Source: Tubiluchus corallicola (lineage: Eukaryota > Animalia > Priapulida). Taken from it: a DNA stretch of 64,000 nt. Within the stretch, counting starts at the first letter, position 1, and every line of letters starts with the position of its first letter. The stretch covers positions 62,001-126,000 of the forward strand of contig JAQGDQ010000152.1 of the NCBI GenBank assembly GCA_030141605.1, in the 5' to 3' direction. Below the pieces are notes generated by a model. It was given only the letters and a program-made list of their open reading frames with translations, had not been told where the DNA came from and did no database searches. Positions 12,601 to 24,412 of the stretch are shown here, piece by piece. A program made the position numbers and the translations under genes.

Positions 12601-15600
12601 AGATACTGAGGGTCTGAAGCTCAAATAATGTCAAGCTTGCAAACAATGTCAAGCTTGCACAAAATGTCAACCTTGTAAAAAGTGTCAAGCTTGCAAAAAA
12701 TGTCAACCTTGCAAAAACTGTCAAGCCTGTAAAAAGTGTCAAGCTTGCAAAAAATGTCAACCTTGCAAAAACTGTCAAGCTTGCACAAAATGTCAACCTT
12801 GCAAAAACTGTCAAGCTTGTAAAAAGTGTCAAGCTTGCAAAAAATGTCAATCTTGCAAAAAATGTCAATCTTGCAAAAAGTGTCAAGCTTGCAAAAAATA
12901 TCAACCTTGCAAAAACTGTCAAGCTTGCAAAATATGTCAAGGTTGCAAAAAGTGTCAAGCTTGCGAAAAGTGAAAAGCTTGCAAAGTTTCAAACTTGCAA
13001 AAAGTGTGAGTATTGTACATGTGACAAAGTATCACCACTACCACCATCACAGTCAATATTTGGTACAGTGATACTTCACTTCCAACGCATGAGATTTCAA
13101 GGAAAAGGAAAACCCACCGCTGGTGTAACCTGCGTTATTAACTAAGCCCAAATAGACCAAAGCACAAGAAACCCCTTTAGTTACATCAAGCTAAAAAAAT
13201 CGTCCTGGAATGTTGTATAATCTATATACAGTACTGTTTTAATGCGCACATGGCTTGTTTTAACAGTAACGCTGTACAGAACTTGAAAATTTAAACTCCC
13301 GCTATGACCGTTAGGCGCAGCCATTTGACTGTAGGTCGTTTTTGAGAGAAGTTTAGATAACATTGCTTAAAGTCTGAAAAAATAATCACAGCATTCGTAG
13401 CATACACTTTAATAACTACGCAATCAAAAGTATCAGTTACTTTAGCTTGTGGTCAATAAGATTAAAAATGCGTTTTTATTCAGTCACTGGTGCACACTGG
13501 GAAAGTGAGTTAGTGAAGTTTTATCAGCTGACGCGAACATTTTAAATTACTAAGAATTTTCTTGTCTACCTTAGCTCTTTCAAACAGGTAGGCGTAATGA
13601 TAATAATAATAATAATATATGACTTTGTGTGGAAAGTTTTTTTGAGATACACATTAAAATTGCTCTTTCTTTCCTCAAAAAGAGAAGGAAATTGCCGCCT
13701 TTGATGTAACTTGTACCGTTAATTAAACCCAAACAAGACTTAATTTGACTTTGCTAAACCCACGCATTTCATGCACGGATACGTCTGCAATTTACCTGCA
13801 TGACCTTGACAATAGCCGCACGCACAGGTAGACTAACTGAATGAGCAGGTGAAAGAGGTGTCCCAGATATAAGACAGCCTCCTCTCAAGTAAGAAAGGAA
13901 CCGCTCTAATTTGAGTAGACGTCTTACTGCTGACCGCATGGCCTACATTTGCACGACAACGAATTTACCTCTCTCTCAAATGAAGAATCTCCTTTGCAGC
14001 AAGGATCTGTGAGACAAACCATTGAAATCTGACAATCGTCTATTTGACGCACGTAATAGAAAAAATAGTATCACCGTACGCAATGCATGAAGATGTAATC
14101 TTACATTGTCTTGATGCTATAATATTAATTTGATTGACTTTGGTTATTGTTAATAATAAAGGCTGGATAATAAAAGGTTTTTATAATTGCAATGAATAAT
14201 GCGCAGTTACGTGTCGTAAAGCATGAAGTCGGATTAATATTAGAGCATTAAAATGTTTGAAATTGCATCCTTTTTACATTTGTAAACTGATAGAGAGATT
14301 CTGATTTAAGTTTATAGTTTAGTTCATTCTTCACATATAGCAAAGTAATTATTTAATAACAATTAACTTCTTTAGGAAGGTAAATAGCGGATTGAAAGTC
14401 TAAATTAAACAAACACGAAGAAAAAAAACGTGAAAAGGAAAAAAACAAACAGAAAAAAGAAAAGAAAAAGAAAAAGTGGAAAAGAAGAGTAGAAGTAGAT
14501 TAAAAAGAAAAGTAGAATGCAAAGAATTCTTAAGCTCTTATCTTGAATGTCAAGCAGCTTGTTCAATTCACTTCAATTTTGTTTACTATGACAAAAGATT
14601 TACCCGCACAGTATAAATGTGTGGCAAAAAAGAGTAGAAAACAATAAAAAGACAGACAACAATAACGAAAATAATAACTTAGAACTAAGAAAACTAAATA
14701 AATTAGGAAAAAGTGAACGAGTGATATTAGTGAAAGAAGAGAAGACGAACTCAGATTTGTTTCTTTCCTTTATATTTACCTTTGTAAAGAGGAATTATGT
14801 ACGTTCTTATTACAAAATAAGATGGTTTATGTTGGTTTTTATGCTGCTAAAATTAAAATGATTGCAATATCACGAACGAGCAGAGTTTTCGTGAATTCTT
14901 CTACGACATTCCACGCATGTATGAGCTTAGCAGCTACAATGAATTGGTTACAAAATTTAGCGCTCTGAACAACGGCATCACAAATAGCGATGGGATCGGA
15001 CATGCGGTCTCCTGATTTGTGATTTAGCAGAGAATAGGCAAAAACCAAATTAAGTTGCATTATTTACACTAGTTACGAGAATTACTTACATTAGATATTA
15101 ATGTTACATTAATAATTGTTATACTAACTATAACGTGATTTTGAGTATATGACGCAGCCTATGAATAATTTGTAAATGAGAGATATGGAACATTTAAAAT
15201 GGAACTGTGATATTACTGCCGTAATGCTACACAATTGTTGCAATAAGGCATTCATTTAATTAAGATTGCGAATAAGCTGTAAAGCCTTTATCACTGCATT
15301 AATAAAGTAAAGTGCTGACTTTAAACTGGACTTCTACAAAAACGTGGAAATTAGGAAAAGAGCAAGCTGTGGGATTTGGACACACCAATGCCAACACTTA
15401 ACGATATCGTTTAACGCCAAGAAACAAGAAAAAAATTTAAGAAATCAATTCACGCAAGAATTTAAACAAGTTAATAAACGAGAGGAAACATTTTAAAAAG
15501 GAGAGGAAACGTGGCAAAGGTTTGAAAGAACTGCAGCGCGTGATGTGATAGACGAATAGTTTTTAAAAAATACCTGAAAGTTCACTCAATAATTAGCAAC

Positions 15601-18600
15601 TGAACACAAGCAAAGCGATCACCTTTTAACCTTTAAACAAGTGAGAAAAGCCGCTTAAGCAATGGAATAAAACTGCTTACGACACGACCTAACGATATGA
15701 AAGAAAGTTTCTCACATAAATCACTCGCTACGTTCGTACAAGTTTACAACCTCAGTCAACAAACCAGACAGGGGTTTAGAACAGCATTCTGAAAAGAAAA
15801 CGAAATTATTGCTGCCCACAAAGGTCTTGATGAGTCGAAAGTCAGTTTAAATTGCATCGATGCGCAAAGTTTAATGTTTGCCGAATTAATTACAAACCGG
15901 AGTGCTAAATCTTGATGTAAGTGGAGCATATGCATTCTGTAACATAAATCACATTGAAATGAACTAGTGCAGATACAGGCTACCGATTGAAATCAAAGCA
16001 CGTAAACGATGGACAAAAACCTGCTCAGTAAGCAAACAAGAAAAGTATCACGCCTAAAGATAAACGATTTTGTACACAATATCACGAAAAAAACTACTAA
16101 AATTTTTAACTTCGTTCAATAAACAACAGCCGTCTTAATTACACATGATGTTAATTTTAAGACTTATATATATAAATTTTACTTATTTTGAGTGGATTTA
16201 CGACACAGTAACTATTACTGATCACAGTATTTCCACTATGTGCAATGAAGAAATACGCAATTAGTTAGTTCGAGTATGTAATAATTTAAAATAGTTAATT
16301 AAAAAATACGACTACTTCACTTAGTTAATACTTAATTGAAGTTTACAAAAAAACCAAACAACAGATATGATAACAGAAACGATTCTCGATGTACATAAGC
16401 CTATAAGCCCATGCAAAATACAAGTTGTACATTGTAATGTACAATGTTGATACTTAATTCAGAAATCATATTATTAAGTTAACAAGTATTAACTAACACT
16501 TATAAATTTTTTGAATCCAGAAAATGCAGCTAAACTTCATCATCGTCCATACAATATACGACATAACTCAGATCTACCAACGCGTAGTTCAAATTCAGGC
16601 ACATGTCAGATTTTTCTACATATCATTCTTCCAGCAACAAACCTCGGGTTGGCTCTATCACAGGTGCCACCTTATTTCTCAATGATTTGAATTCTTAGAC
16701 AATTAGTTGCCCATTGTGCATCAAGACTGGAGCGCACCTCTACTGGAAATTAGTGGAAATGAAACATCTAAAGATGTATTACATACACTCACAAATGGAC
16801 TTGACACCGGCTTCATAAATGGACTTGATACCGGCTTCATAAATGGACTTGATACCGGCTTCATAAATGGACTTGACACTGGTTTCTTTACAAAGTGCAA
16901 GTGATTTCAATGGCTTTTTAATGACGTCACATATCTCACACAAACTCTAGGAAGCGGACAGCAACCAGGAACTGAGTTCAACAGACTGAGTAAATGGGAA
17001 ATAAATTTTGATTTTTCGTAACGGCGATGCGGTGGCAAGATTTAATCCATTAGGACCACGAGCAAACCACTTACTAGACACAATTTCTACGGAAAGAGTT
17101 CCAATTTTTATGAATGGTTAGCAACAGAGATAAAGTATTACATCAATATTACACCAGTGTTACTTAATGAAGCGGCAGACACAGAGACCTGATGTGTCAT
17201 ATATGCCTTCTCACCCCCAGTATTAATTCTGTTTAACTAACGAAACAAATCTTTCAAACTACATCTCTTATGCCTGCACACTATCAATCAGAAGGGAACA
17301 GTGACAGCTTAGGACCACATGGTACATGTTCCCTGAATAATATAAGCATTGCGGCCACCCCGTACGGTGAAATATTATTTTAAAAAGTCTTGCTTTGTAC
17401 ATCTACTTAAAATTTGCAATTAAAATAATTACTTCTACAGTAACTAGAGCATAATGTTAATTGCATACAAGCACCTCAAGGCACATAGGATTGAGTAATT
17501 GATTATCATCTACAATTTACTTCAACGTAAAAAAACATAAAAACATACAATTAAAATTTACATTGCCTAAAATTACACTAACAACACCAAAAGTAAATGA
17601 GCCTGACTCACAAAACATACATGCTTAGTACAAGCACCCACCTGAGAACGTGCCTGACACAGATTTTAACCACTTGAAAAAAGTATCAGGACTGAAAAAT
17701 ATTAAACTGTAACATTCCACGTTGAAAGCAAGAGTTGGCAGTAACCCACAAAACTTATTTCTAAACCATAAACTCGTGTAAAAGTTTGTGCCAAACTATG
17801 AAGATTTACGAGTTTATAGCAGAACTTGCAACTTTCATTATAAACATGTGCAAGGGCGCATAATCAGAATTTCAAACTACTTAGCTTTCAACTATGGCAC
17901 TGAAAACCGGATATCCGGGAGAGTATCCGCTATGTAACATTAGCACAAATGTCCTTTTCGAAGTAAAGTTTTCAGAACTGCATAGAACTACTGTCAGAAA
18001 AACCGTTTCTAGGCAACAGATATCAATAGGGGAAATCTCCTTCCGTTCCCTCCCGTGGAAAATTTCGGGTTTCACGGCGAGGGTAAAGAAACGAAGAAAA
18101 ACGTTTTTAATGGCAAGTATGCATAATTTAGAAAACAATTTTTAAAACATCACTCAAAAACATGGCATCAAAGTCTTTTCCAGGCAACCATAGTTTGAAC
18201 ACGAAATATGGACATAGCTTAAATAATTCTCCCATGGCAACACACTCTTTTAATTTATAGAAAGTTCCCGACTATCTGTTACTAATCTGTTAATAGATGT
18301 ATCTCGTATTAACAATGTATGAATACATCTCCTCCCCGGAAATAAGAATTTAAAGAGATTCGGGCTCTCCGTCCTGACAGAACATCATCAGACCACGATT
18401 ATATTATAATGATCTGCGTGATGTAGGCAACTATTCTGTGCAAATACTTTTTACATTTAAAGTGGCACACTGCCATCTTAACACAGGTTAATCTAGCGAG
18501 CAAGACTGGCCATTTTTTCGAATGATTTTGGTAAATTGCCATCTTGACCACATTATGACCCGAGTACATTTAAACAAACGTCCATTTACAGCACAAACAC

Positions 18601-21600
18601 GCACACGGTCGTAACACATAAGAAATTACTTTCAACAATCTTACAAAAAACGAAACGAACTACAAACAAAATTATCTCCAACTACACAGTACGTGCCACG
18701 AAGACGTTACAGGCTTTATCATCTCTCTCCAGGAAACTATTTACAGCGTGCTAATTACTAGTCTAAATTTACACACATCAACCACAAGGGGTTCTCTTTT
18801 TTGCTCTCACGTAGCTCAAGAAGTCAGTAAACAGGACTGCCCGGGGTAAAGCTAAATTGCAAGTTAATTACTTGGCTGCAATAAGAATGGCAAAGGTGTA
18901 GAATAAGGTCAGTAGTGTGAGTAGCTTAATGAAAATGGAAAACGTGACGCAATTGTTATGATGTGTCCACGCCTAGGTTAACTGTTTTGAATATTCACTT
19001 CTTGTCATAAAATGACATGGATATTATCAGACAACGAAGTCTGTTTTGTGCTAGAGCGAACCGTATTCTTAGAAAATTTCATCATTGTTCACCTAATGTC
19101 AAAACTCATCTGTTCAACTCTTATTGTAGTTCTTTCTACAGTATGGCCACCTGACGACATTTTTATAACTACAGTCTCAGCAAACTTAAAGTAGCTCACA
19201 ATGTTTCAAAACGCAAACTTTTCAAATACCCATATGATTATAGTTCTAGGACCATTTCAGTAGACCACGACGTTTTATACTTTGATGTAATACATAGGAA
19301 TACTGCATACAGTTTACACAGTAGAGTAATGCAAAGTTCGAATCTTCTTATAAAGGCATTGAATAACAGTGACGCATTTTACACTTCAGACATAAGATAC
19401 CAATGGAGGAAAATATTAGGTAGAAATTATGAGTGACGATTTAAGCTGGACGTATGATATTGTATATATATATTGTACTGTTATTTTATTTATTTATGTA
19501 TTAATTTGTATGTGTTGAGAGGAGGGGTTATAATTATTGTATGTCTTGTAATTATTGTATGTTATGTATTCTATGAACCTAGTTCGAAACAAAGAGTTAA
19601 ATCAAATCAAATCACTCAGCAATCAAAACCTTCCAATAGCACTAGAAACTCATGGAAGAAGTCTGTCGTCATGCGAGTCGAAGAACCATTAGCCAGAAAT
19701 AAAAGATTAGACTTAGTTTTAAACGCTTCTGTTTTTTTTTCACTTAAAGGCATTCCTGATTAGCAGCAGAAAAGCTAGGAGAACAAACAGTAGCAGTAAA
19801 ACGGTAATTGTGGGAAATGCTGGAGGGAAAAATTGACCACAGTTATAAAAATACAGGAAAGTGTAGCACATGCTGTTAATCTGCTTAAAAAGTGCACACA
19901 GAAATCACATCTAAACTACGCTGATTACATGCTGTTAATCTGCTTAAAAAGTGCAAACAGAAATCACATCTAAACTGCGCTGATTACATACTGTTTTAAT
20001 AGGGAAGTACTTATGTATCCGAAGTGCTGAATTATTCGAATCTATAATTTTAGATTCAAATCAAATTCGACCTAAAAAAAACTCATTTGAATTCGATTCG
20101 AATGTTCGATGCTCAACCCTACTCGATATGAAAGCGGCTTGACAGCTGCATTCTGTGAAATTGACAGTGTTAGTTCACAGGAAAGTGGGTTCTGCTTGGA
20201 AAGAAAACAAGATTGAACGATCTTACTGCCTTTGGTAACTTGGCAAAGCTTTGAAGTCAGGAAAAGGAAAGGTAATCAAAGCCATCGATATAAGCAAGCT
20301 GTTTTAGAATCTTGAAATTTAACAGGAGATTGTCTTGAAATACTTTTTACACCAATTTGTAATCGAAGGAAATCGTGAATCCATCAAATTTAGCGTTAGG
20401 GTTAGATTTAAATTGCCGTAAAACCCGGAAAAATTGTCAGGCTCGCATGGGTTTCGCAAGCTGAAAGTTAAGGTTAGTAAATGGATGGGTGAAGCATGGT
20501 GAATGTGTGGACGCTCAATTATTATCCATCCAAAGGAAACATACAAGGTTTCAGGAATAAACGTCTGTGCCTGATCTTGAACCAAATCAATGAAACAAAG
20601 CGTAGCTTAATAAATTTCTCTACCACTTCATTTGACAAGAGGACAGAACTGGATGCAAACAATTGGTAAACTAATTATTCTATAATTAATTATTAAGTTA
20701 ATTATTCTATTAATGAACAAGAACAAGGTAAAGAACAGCACAAAATCAACTGAAAGGCCTGTGATCACTAATCAAGGATGCTACAGAAAGTGAATTTACA
20801 AACCGCAATCAAAATTTATGAAACATCTAGGGAACTGATAACAAATCGACACAATTTTTGCAAAACCAACCACTATTAAAGCTTAAAAAAGGAAAATATT
20901 TTGTTTGTCTGCTTTTATTTGCTGTGATGCAAAATTACTGATAAAAATTCTAATACAAAAATGACAAGGAAGTTTTATAGTATGGAATCTCAAGTTTGAT
21001 GGAGCGGCTTACCTTAGAAAATGTGTTATAATGTTTTTGGATTTAAGTATCCTTAATGATTAATGTGTAAGGACTATAACGCTTCATTAAAAATAAACAA
21101 ATTTGATTTTACAGATACTTTGTTGCCTATATTTCATAAATTATAAAGTGAAATTTGATTTTGCTCAAGTAAATTCAAACGTGGTTTCATATTTCGGCTG
21201 ACTGGGATTGAGATCCTAAAACTTCACAGTCGTCAGCAGTGAAGATATGCCGCATTGCCGGTAAAAGCACGTCACAAACTGTTATAAAAACGAAATTTGC
21301 ACTTTATTTGAACTAATTTAGCCAAGATCTTTCAGCAGTTTTTGACATCTAGAGAAAAAGAAAAGGTAAGTTGGATAAATACTAGCAAAACTTCGGAAAA
21401 ATTGTACCGAAAATTGTCCGAAATTTCGGCTACGAAATTTAGTAAATTTTGCCAAAACCGAAAGTGCAATTAGCGGCAAGCCAAAACGAAAATTTGCTTT
21501 CGGTAACATCCCTGACTGCAATACGAACATACTGTTTCACTTTGAGCTGAAATGTAAAAAATCCAACTTCTACACAAGGACAGATTTTTGACCATGGCCA

Positions 21601-22551
21601 CATTCTTATGATAGTTATGACAAACTTGGATCGGCATTTTATATGTCAACATTTCATCTAAAGTTATTTTTAACAAGCAGTTTTGTTTACCTCGGTGCAC
21701 TTTGCAAAGTACTACTGATAAAAGAATGAACAAAGCAAATGCAAAAGGTGGAATTCTCTTACCTCTTTTAAACCCAATTTAGCTGTATACCGTATGTCGG
21801 CACCGTCACGTCTAAAATGCGGATGTAATTTATCTTTGATCACAAACACGATGTCGGCCGGGATGGTGTTTGGTCGTTGATCACCTTCCCGTGGGAACGT
21901 AATCTTTGTGCCCGCCTTCCATCCAGGCTTGATGTTTATGCTCAACACCTTTTCCTCTGAGTGTGTCGTGCGTCCGTCCGGATTGAGCACCTGTCTAGAG
22001 ATCTTCATCTTCTTCGTCGTGCCGCGGAAGATGTCCTCGAGAGACACCTGCAATTCGTATTGGATGGGATCGTCCTGCTTCTTCATGCGAGGACTGGAGC
22101 CACCCGCAAAGCTGCGACTACGGCCAAGACCGCTGCTGATCCCGTGTGGGAAAAAATCATCGGTCTCCATGAAATCGTCGCCAAGGTTGAACAAGCGCGT
22201 CCCGCCACTTCGGCCAAAGAAGTGTGCAAACGGGTCGACGCCTCCAAAGAACGCTTCAAATGTTTGACGTGGATTACCGTGGAAGGTGTAGTGGAACGTT
22301 TGTCCGCCACCGCCGCCTCCGGGAACGTTTCCTTTGAGTCCTTCTTCTCCGTATTTGTCATAAATTGCCTTCTTCTTCTGGTCGCTGAGGACCTCGTATG
22401 CCTCGGCTATTTCTTTGAACTTTTCCTCTGCGCCGGCAGACTTATTCTTGTCCGGATGAAATTTTAACGCCATCTTGCGATACGCTTTCTTCACCTCCTC
22501 TTCCGACGCATTCCTCGGGATGCCCAGAATTTTGTAAAAATCCTTCCCCAT
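7446..22551 (-). CDS. DNAJB4: DnaJ/Hsp40 class B co-chaperone (DNAJB1/4/5 family), 342 aa from MGKD; coding exons 21763-22551 and 7446-7685
   Basis: J domain with HPD ([10 protein letters not shown]...FHPDKNK), G/F-rich region, C-terminal domains ([17 protein letters not shown]; [14 protein letters not shown]...GLP...[13 protein letters not shown]); donor GTAAGA at 21762, acceptor TTCCAG ending at 7686; phase-0 junction ...LGLKE/ALTG. Assignment among the DNAJB1/4/5 paralogues is not resolvable by eye. Confidence 0.95.
7886..7965 (+). mobile_element. Degenerate 5S-rRNA-derived (SINE3-like) fragment
   Basis: TGGATGGGTGACC (5S C-box-like) at 7911-7923, preceded by an aagtgaag A-box-like stretch and followed by catgctatag, resembling the 5S 3' end. 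Confidence 0.35.
9562..9620. repeat. (ATT)n microsatellite; (TA)n/(TG)n tracts also at 9108-9143 and 9269-9288
   Basis: Direct inspection. Confidence 0.95.
10410..10880 (+). mobile_element. Interspersed repeat, homologous in inverted orientation to 13190-13680
   Basis: caaaatggctacgtctaacggtcatcgcaggagttt matches the reverse complement of aaactcccgctatgaccgttaggcgcagccatttg; collinear similarity over ~470 bp. Confidence 0.7.
12628..13007. repeat. 18-bp minisatellite (TGTCAAGCTTGCAAAAAA), about 21 copies
   Basis: 19 exact-length units from 12629 to 12970, then about 2 degenerate units. Confidence 0.95.
13190..13680 (-). mobile_element. Interspersed repeat, inverted partner of 10410-10880
   Basis: Collinear reverse-complement similarity (e.g. 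cctacctgtttgaaagag / cttacctgtctgaaagac). Confidence 0.7.
15780..16010 (+). mobile_element. Highly decayed non-LTR retrotransposon RT fragment
   Basis: Pieces translate as [31 protein letters not shown] and [14 protein letters not shown], loosely resembling RT motifs (K.pG.DGI.aE.LK; LD.SKAFD.V.H); stops and frameshifts present. Confidence 0.3.
16793..16888. repeat. 24-bp tandem repeat x4 (AAATGGACTTGATACCGGCTTCAT)
   Basis: Direct inspection. Confidence 0.9.
19868..19995. repeat. 59-bp tandem duplication (~2.2 copies)
   Basis: acatgctgttaatctgcttaaaaagtgca... at 19868 and 19927. Confidence 0.9.
20000..20121 (-). mobile_element. TTCGAA-rich MITE family member; relatives at 28040-28417, 39320-39800 and 40290-40410
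   Basis: End gttcgatgctcaacccta is the near reverse complement of tagagtcgagcatcaaac at 39320; repeated ttcgaatcgaa subterminal motifs. Confidence 0.6.
21370..21514 (+). mobile_element. 3' part of a hAT-like MITE of the same family as 46078-46377
   Basis: Ends tttcggtaacatccctg; accgaaa/cgaaa subterminal repeats. Confidence 0.6.
21763..22551 (-). CDS. DNAJB4: DNAJB main coding exon (J domain, G/F region, CTD-I); exon begins at 22558 with an in-frame upstream ATG at 22557
   Basis: ORF 21712-22572; acceptor tttttgtAG at 22560-22559; donor at 21762. Confidence 0.95.
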
Positions 22552-23759
22552 TGTCATTCTACAAAAACACAAACATTCATTTAGTGCACAGCAATTTTAG
22601 GCAGACATAATTTGTCACTGTCAATGTCACTGTTGCTGTCACTGTCACCGTCATTGTCACCGTCATCTAAACACAATGAGTTTTAGCTGCAACTTACAAT
22701 ACACACTACATATACTGGCCAAGCAAATGTACAGATACCAAAATTGAAGAACTTGAAGCAATGAGCATTGTGCAAATACTAATAAACATTACAAACCTAT
22801 AACAGTAGCAAAACCTACAAAATTAAGTTAACAAGCAAAATAAAATTATTTGGTGCTTGACTCTTCTAAGCGTAATATCAAATTTACACGCTTACACCAT
22901 CGTCAGCTTAAAACAATGACTAATGTTACGTGTTTTGCCAAGCCTTAGCTCTACAAACTCCCAGCAAGTTTTAAAGATGAGCACCATGAACTAGATCAGA
23001 TGAAGTACCTTTCAAAAGTATGTGTTGCCAACCAACGAAATACAAAACTCTGCAAATAAACTTTGCACTAAGCAGTGGAAAGAGGTCACCAAGATCGAGT
23101 CTGAGCTAAGAAAAATTCACAACCCGGTTAATTATTCACACCGAAACAATTCAGAATTCAGCAGAAGGATGATATCCTGCAAATAATGGAGATGTCTGGC
23201 ACTACAGAGAGAAGTGGAACTTTTGCCGGGAATGCTGACACGGAATGCAGAGGCACTGGCTGCCGAGCTGATCATAGACTGACAGCACCACTAAACTTCT
23301 CAGCTGCTCTTGTTGCTAAGAATAACATCTGATAGCAGAGGAACAGTCAGGAAGCCAGATCCAATAAGCGAAGCCAGCGTCGCGGATTAACACTCGGGTT
23401 CAGGAACACAAAAACTAAACATACCCACTCACAAACCTTACCGATGACTCTGTGAGAAGTCATAACCTTTAATGGAAATCAAATGCTGGAGAATTGTTCA
23501 AAGTTCAAACTGTCCGTGCACGGGACGGCTTCGTTTTGCAGGAACCGTGGAGACGATAACGATCGGTCAGAAACAACAAAAAGTGGAAAAACAAAATGCT
23601 CTGGTTACGAGACCAACAACACATGGTGTGCATAATTAGCCACATCATTCAACTGCATGTAATGTCTTTAATCAAAAGTTAATAAGAAGAAGATTTCATG
23701 TGTACCCACGCGAGAAAGTCACTTCAGAAAGCTAGAGAAATGACAATAAACATATAAAA

Positions 23760-24412
23760 AAATTAACATAGGACAGCAAAGCTAAGAATATGGTGGAGCT
23801 AATAACAAGAACTTTTACCTCTCTGACCCGTAGTATGTTCATCTGTCTGTACGAAGTCCTTGTCAGGCCCCACTTAGAGTTTTCAAGCTCAGTCTAGCAC
23901 TCATCAGTGGTCAAGTATATAGATCAGCTCGAAAAAGTACAAAGATATGCGACAAGAAAGCTTAGTGACTTGAAAGAATTATCGTATACTGATTAAATTT
24001 CTTAGCTTGTATAAGAGGCTGAGCGGTGACATGACAGAGGCTTATAAGATCTTAACAAATATATATGATAAAGCTGTAAGCCCACAGTTGCAATATAGAA
24101 CGCAGGTGGCCAGATCGATCACCAGAAGCCATTCACTAAAGTTATACAATTTCAGATGTAGTAAGTGTATAGGATTGAATCATTATTGCCACAGAATCGT
24201 AGATGCATGGAGTAGTTTACGCAATGATGTGGTATGCGCACCAAGTGTGGATGCATTTAAGAGAAGGTTGGACAAGCACTGGGCTGGGAAAGAGATAGTC
24301 TACAATTAAAAGGCCTCCTTTGAGTATACCGATATGCACATATATACACGATTTGGCTAAAGATTACTTTGCCAAAACAACATAAGGCAACGTAATGTAA
24401 GGTAAGGTAGGT
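23760..24412 (+). mobile_element. 5'-truncated CR1-clade LINE (ORF2 C-terminus and 3' tail), antisense in the DNAJB upstream intron
   Basis: Translates LYEVLVRPHLEFSSSV*...IDQLEKVQRYATR and RLSGDMTEAYKIL...TRSHSLKL...RIVDAWSSL..DVV.APSVDAFKRRLDKHW, typical of the CR1 ORF2 end; (gtaag)n tail at ~24384-24412. Confidence 0.85.

Noticed and set aside
12971-12973. TGA at a Cys position of the CxxC repeat as selenocysteine
   Set aside because: The repeat register breaks just after it, no SECIS was recognised, and the frame has no start codon
14839-15060. 73-aa minus-strand ORF as an alternative DNAJB last exon
   Set aside because: No resemblance to the Hsp40 C-terminal domain, and the nearest acceptor is not in phase 0 with this frame
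18345-18400. Minus-strand CTGATGA followed by a hairpin (hammerhead-ribozyme-like)
   Set aside because: The GAAA core is absent (CGAAT, displaced from the stem) and there are no convincing stems I and III
21908-22467. 119-aa and 168-aa + strand ORFs
   Set aside because: Antisense shadows of the GC-rich DNAJB coding exon
23442-23630. Minus-strand donor (CG|GTAAGG at 23441) as another DNAJB coding first exon
   Set aside because: In-frame TGA 19 codons upstream with no intervening ATG; at most a non-coding exon, with no other support
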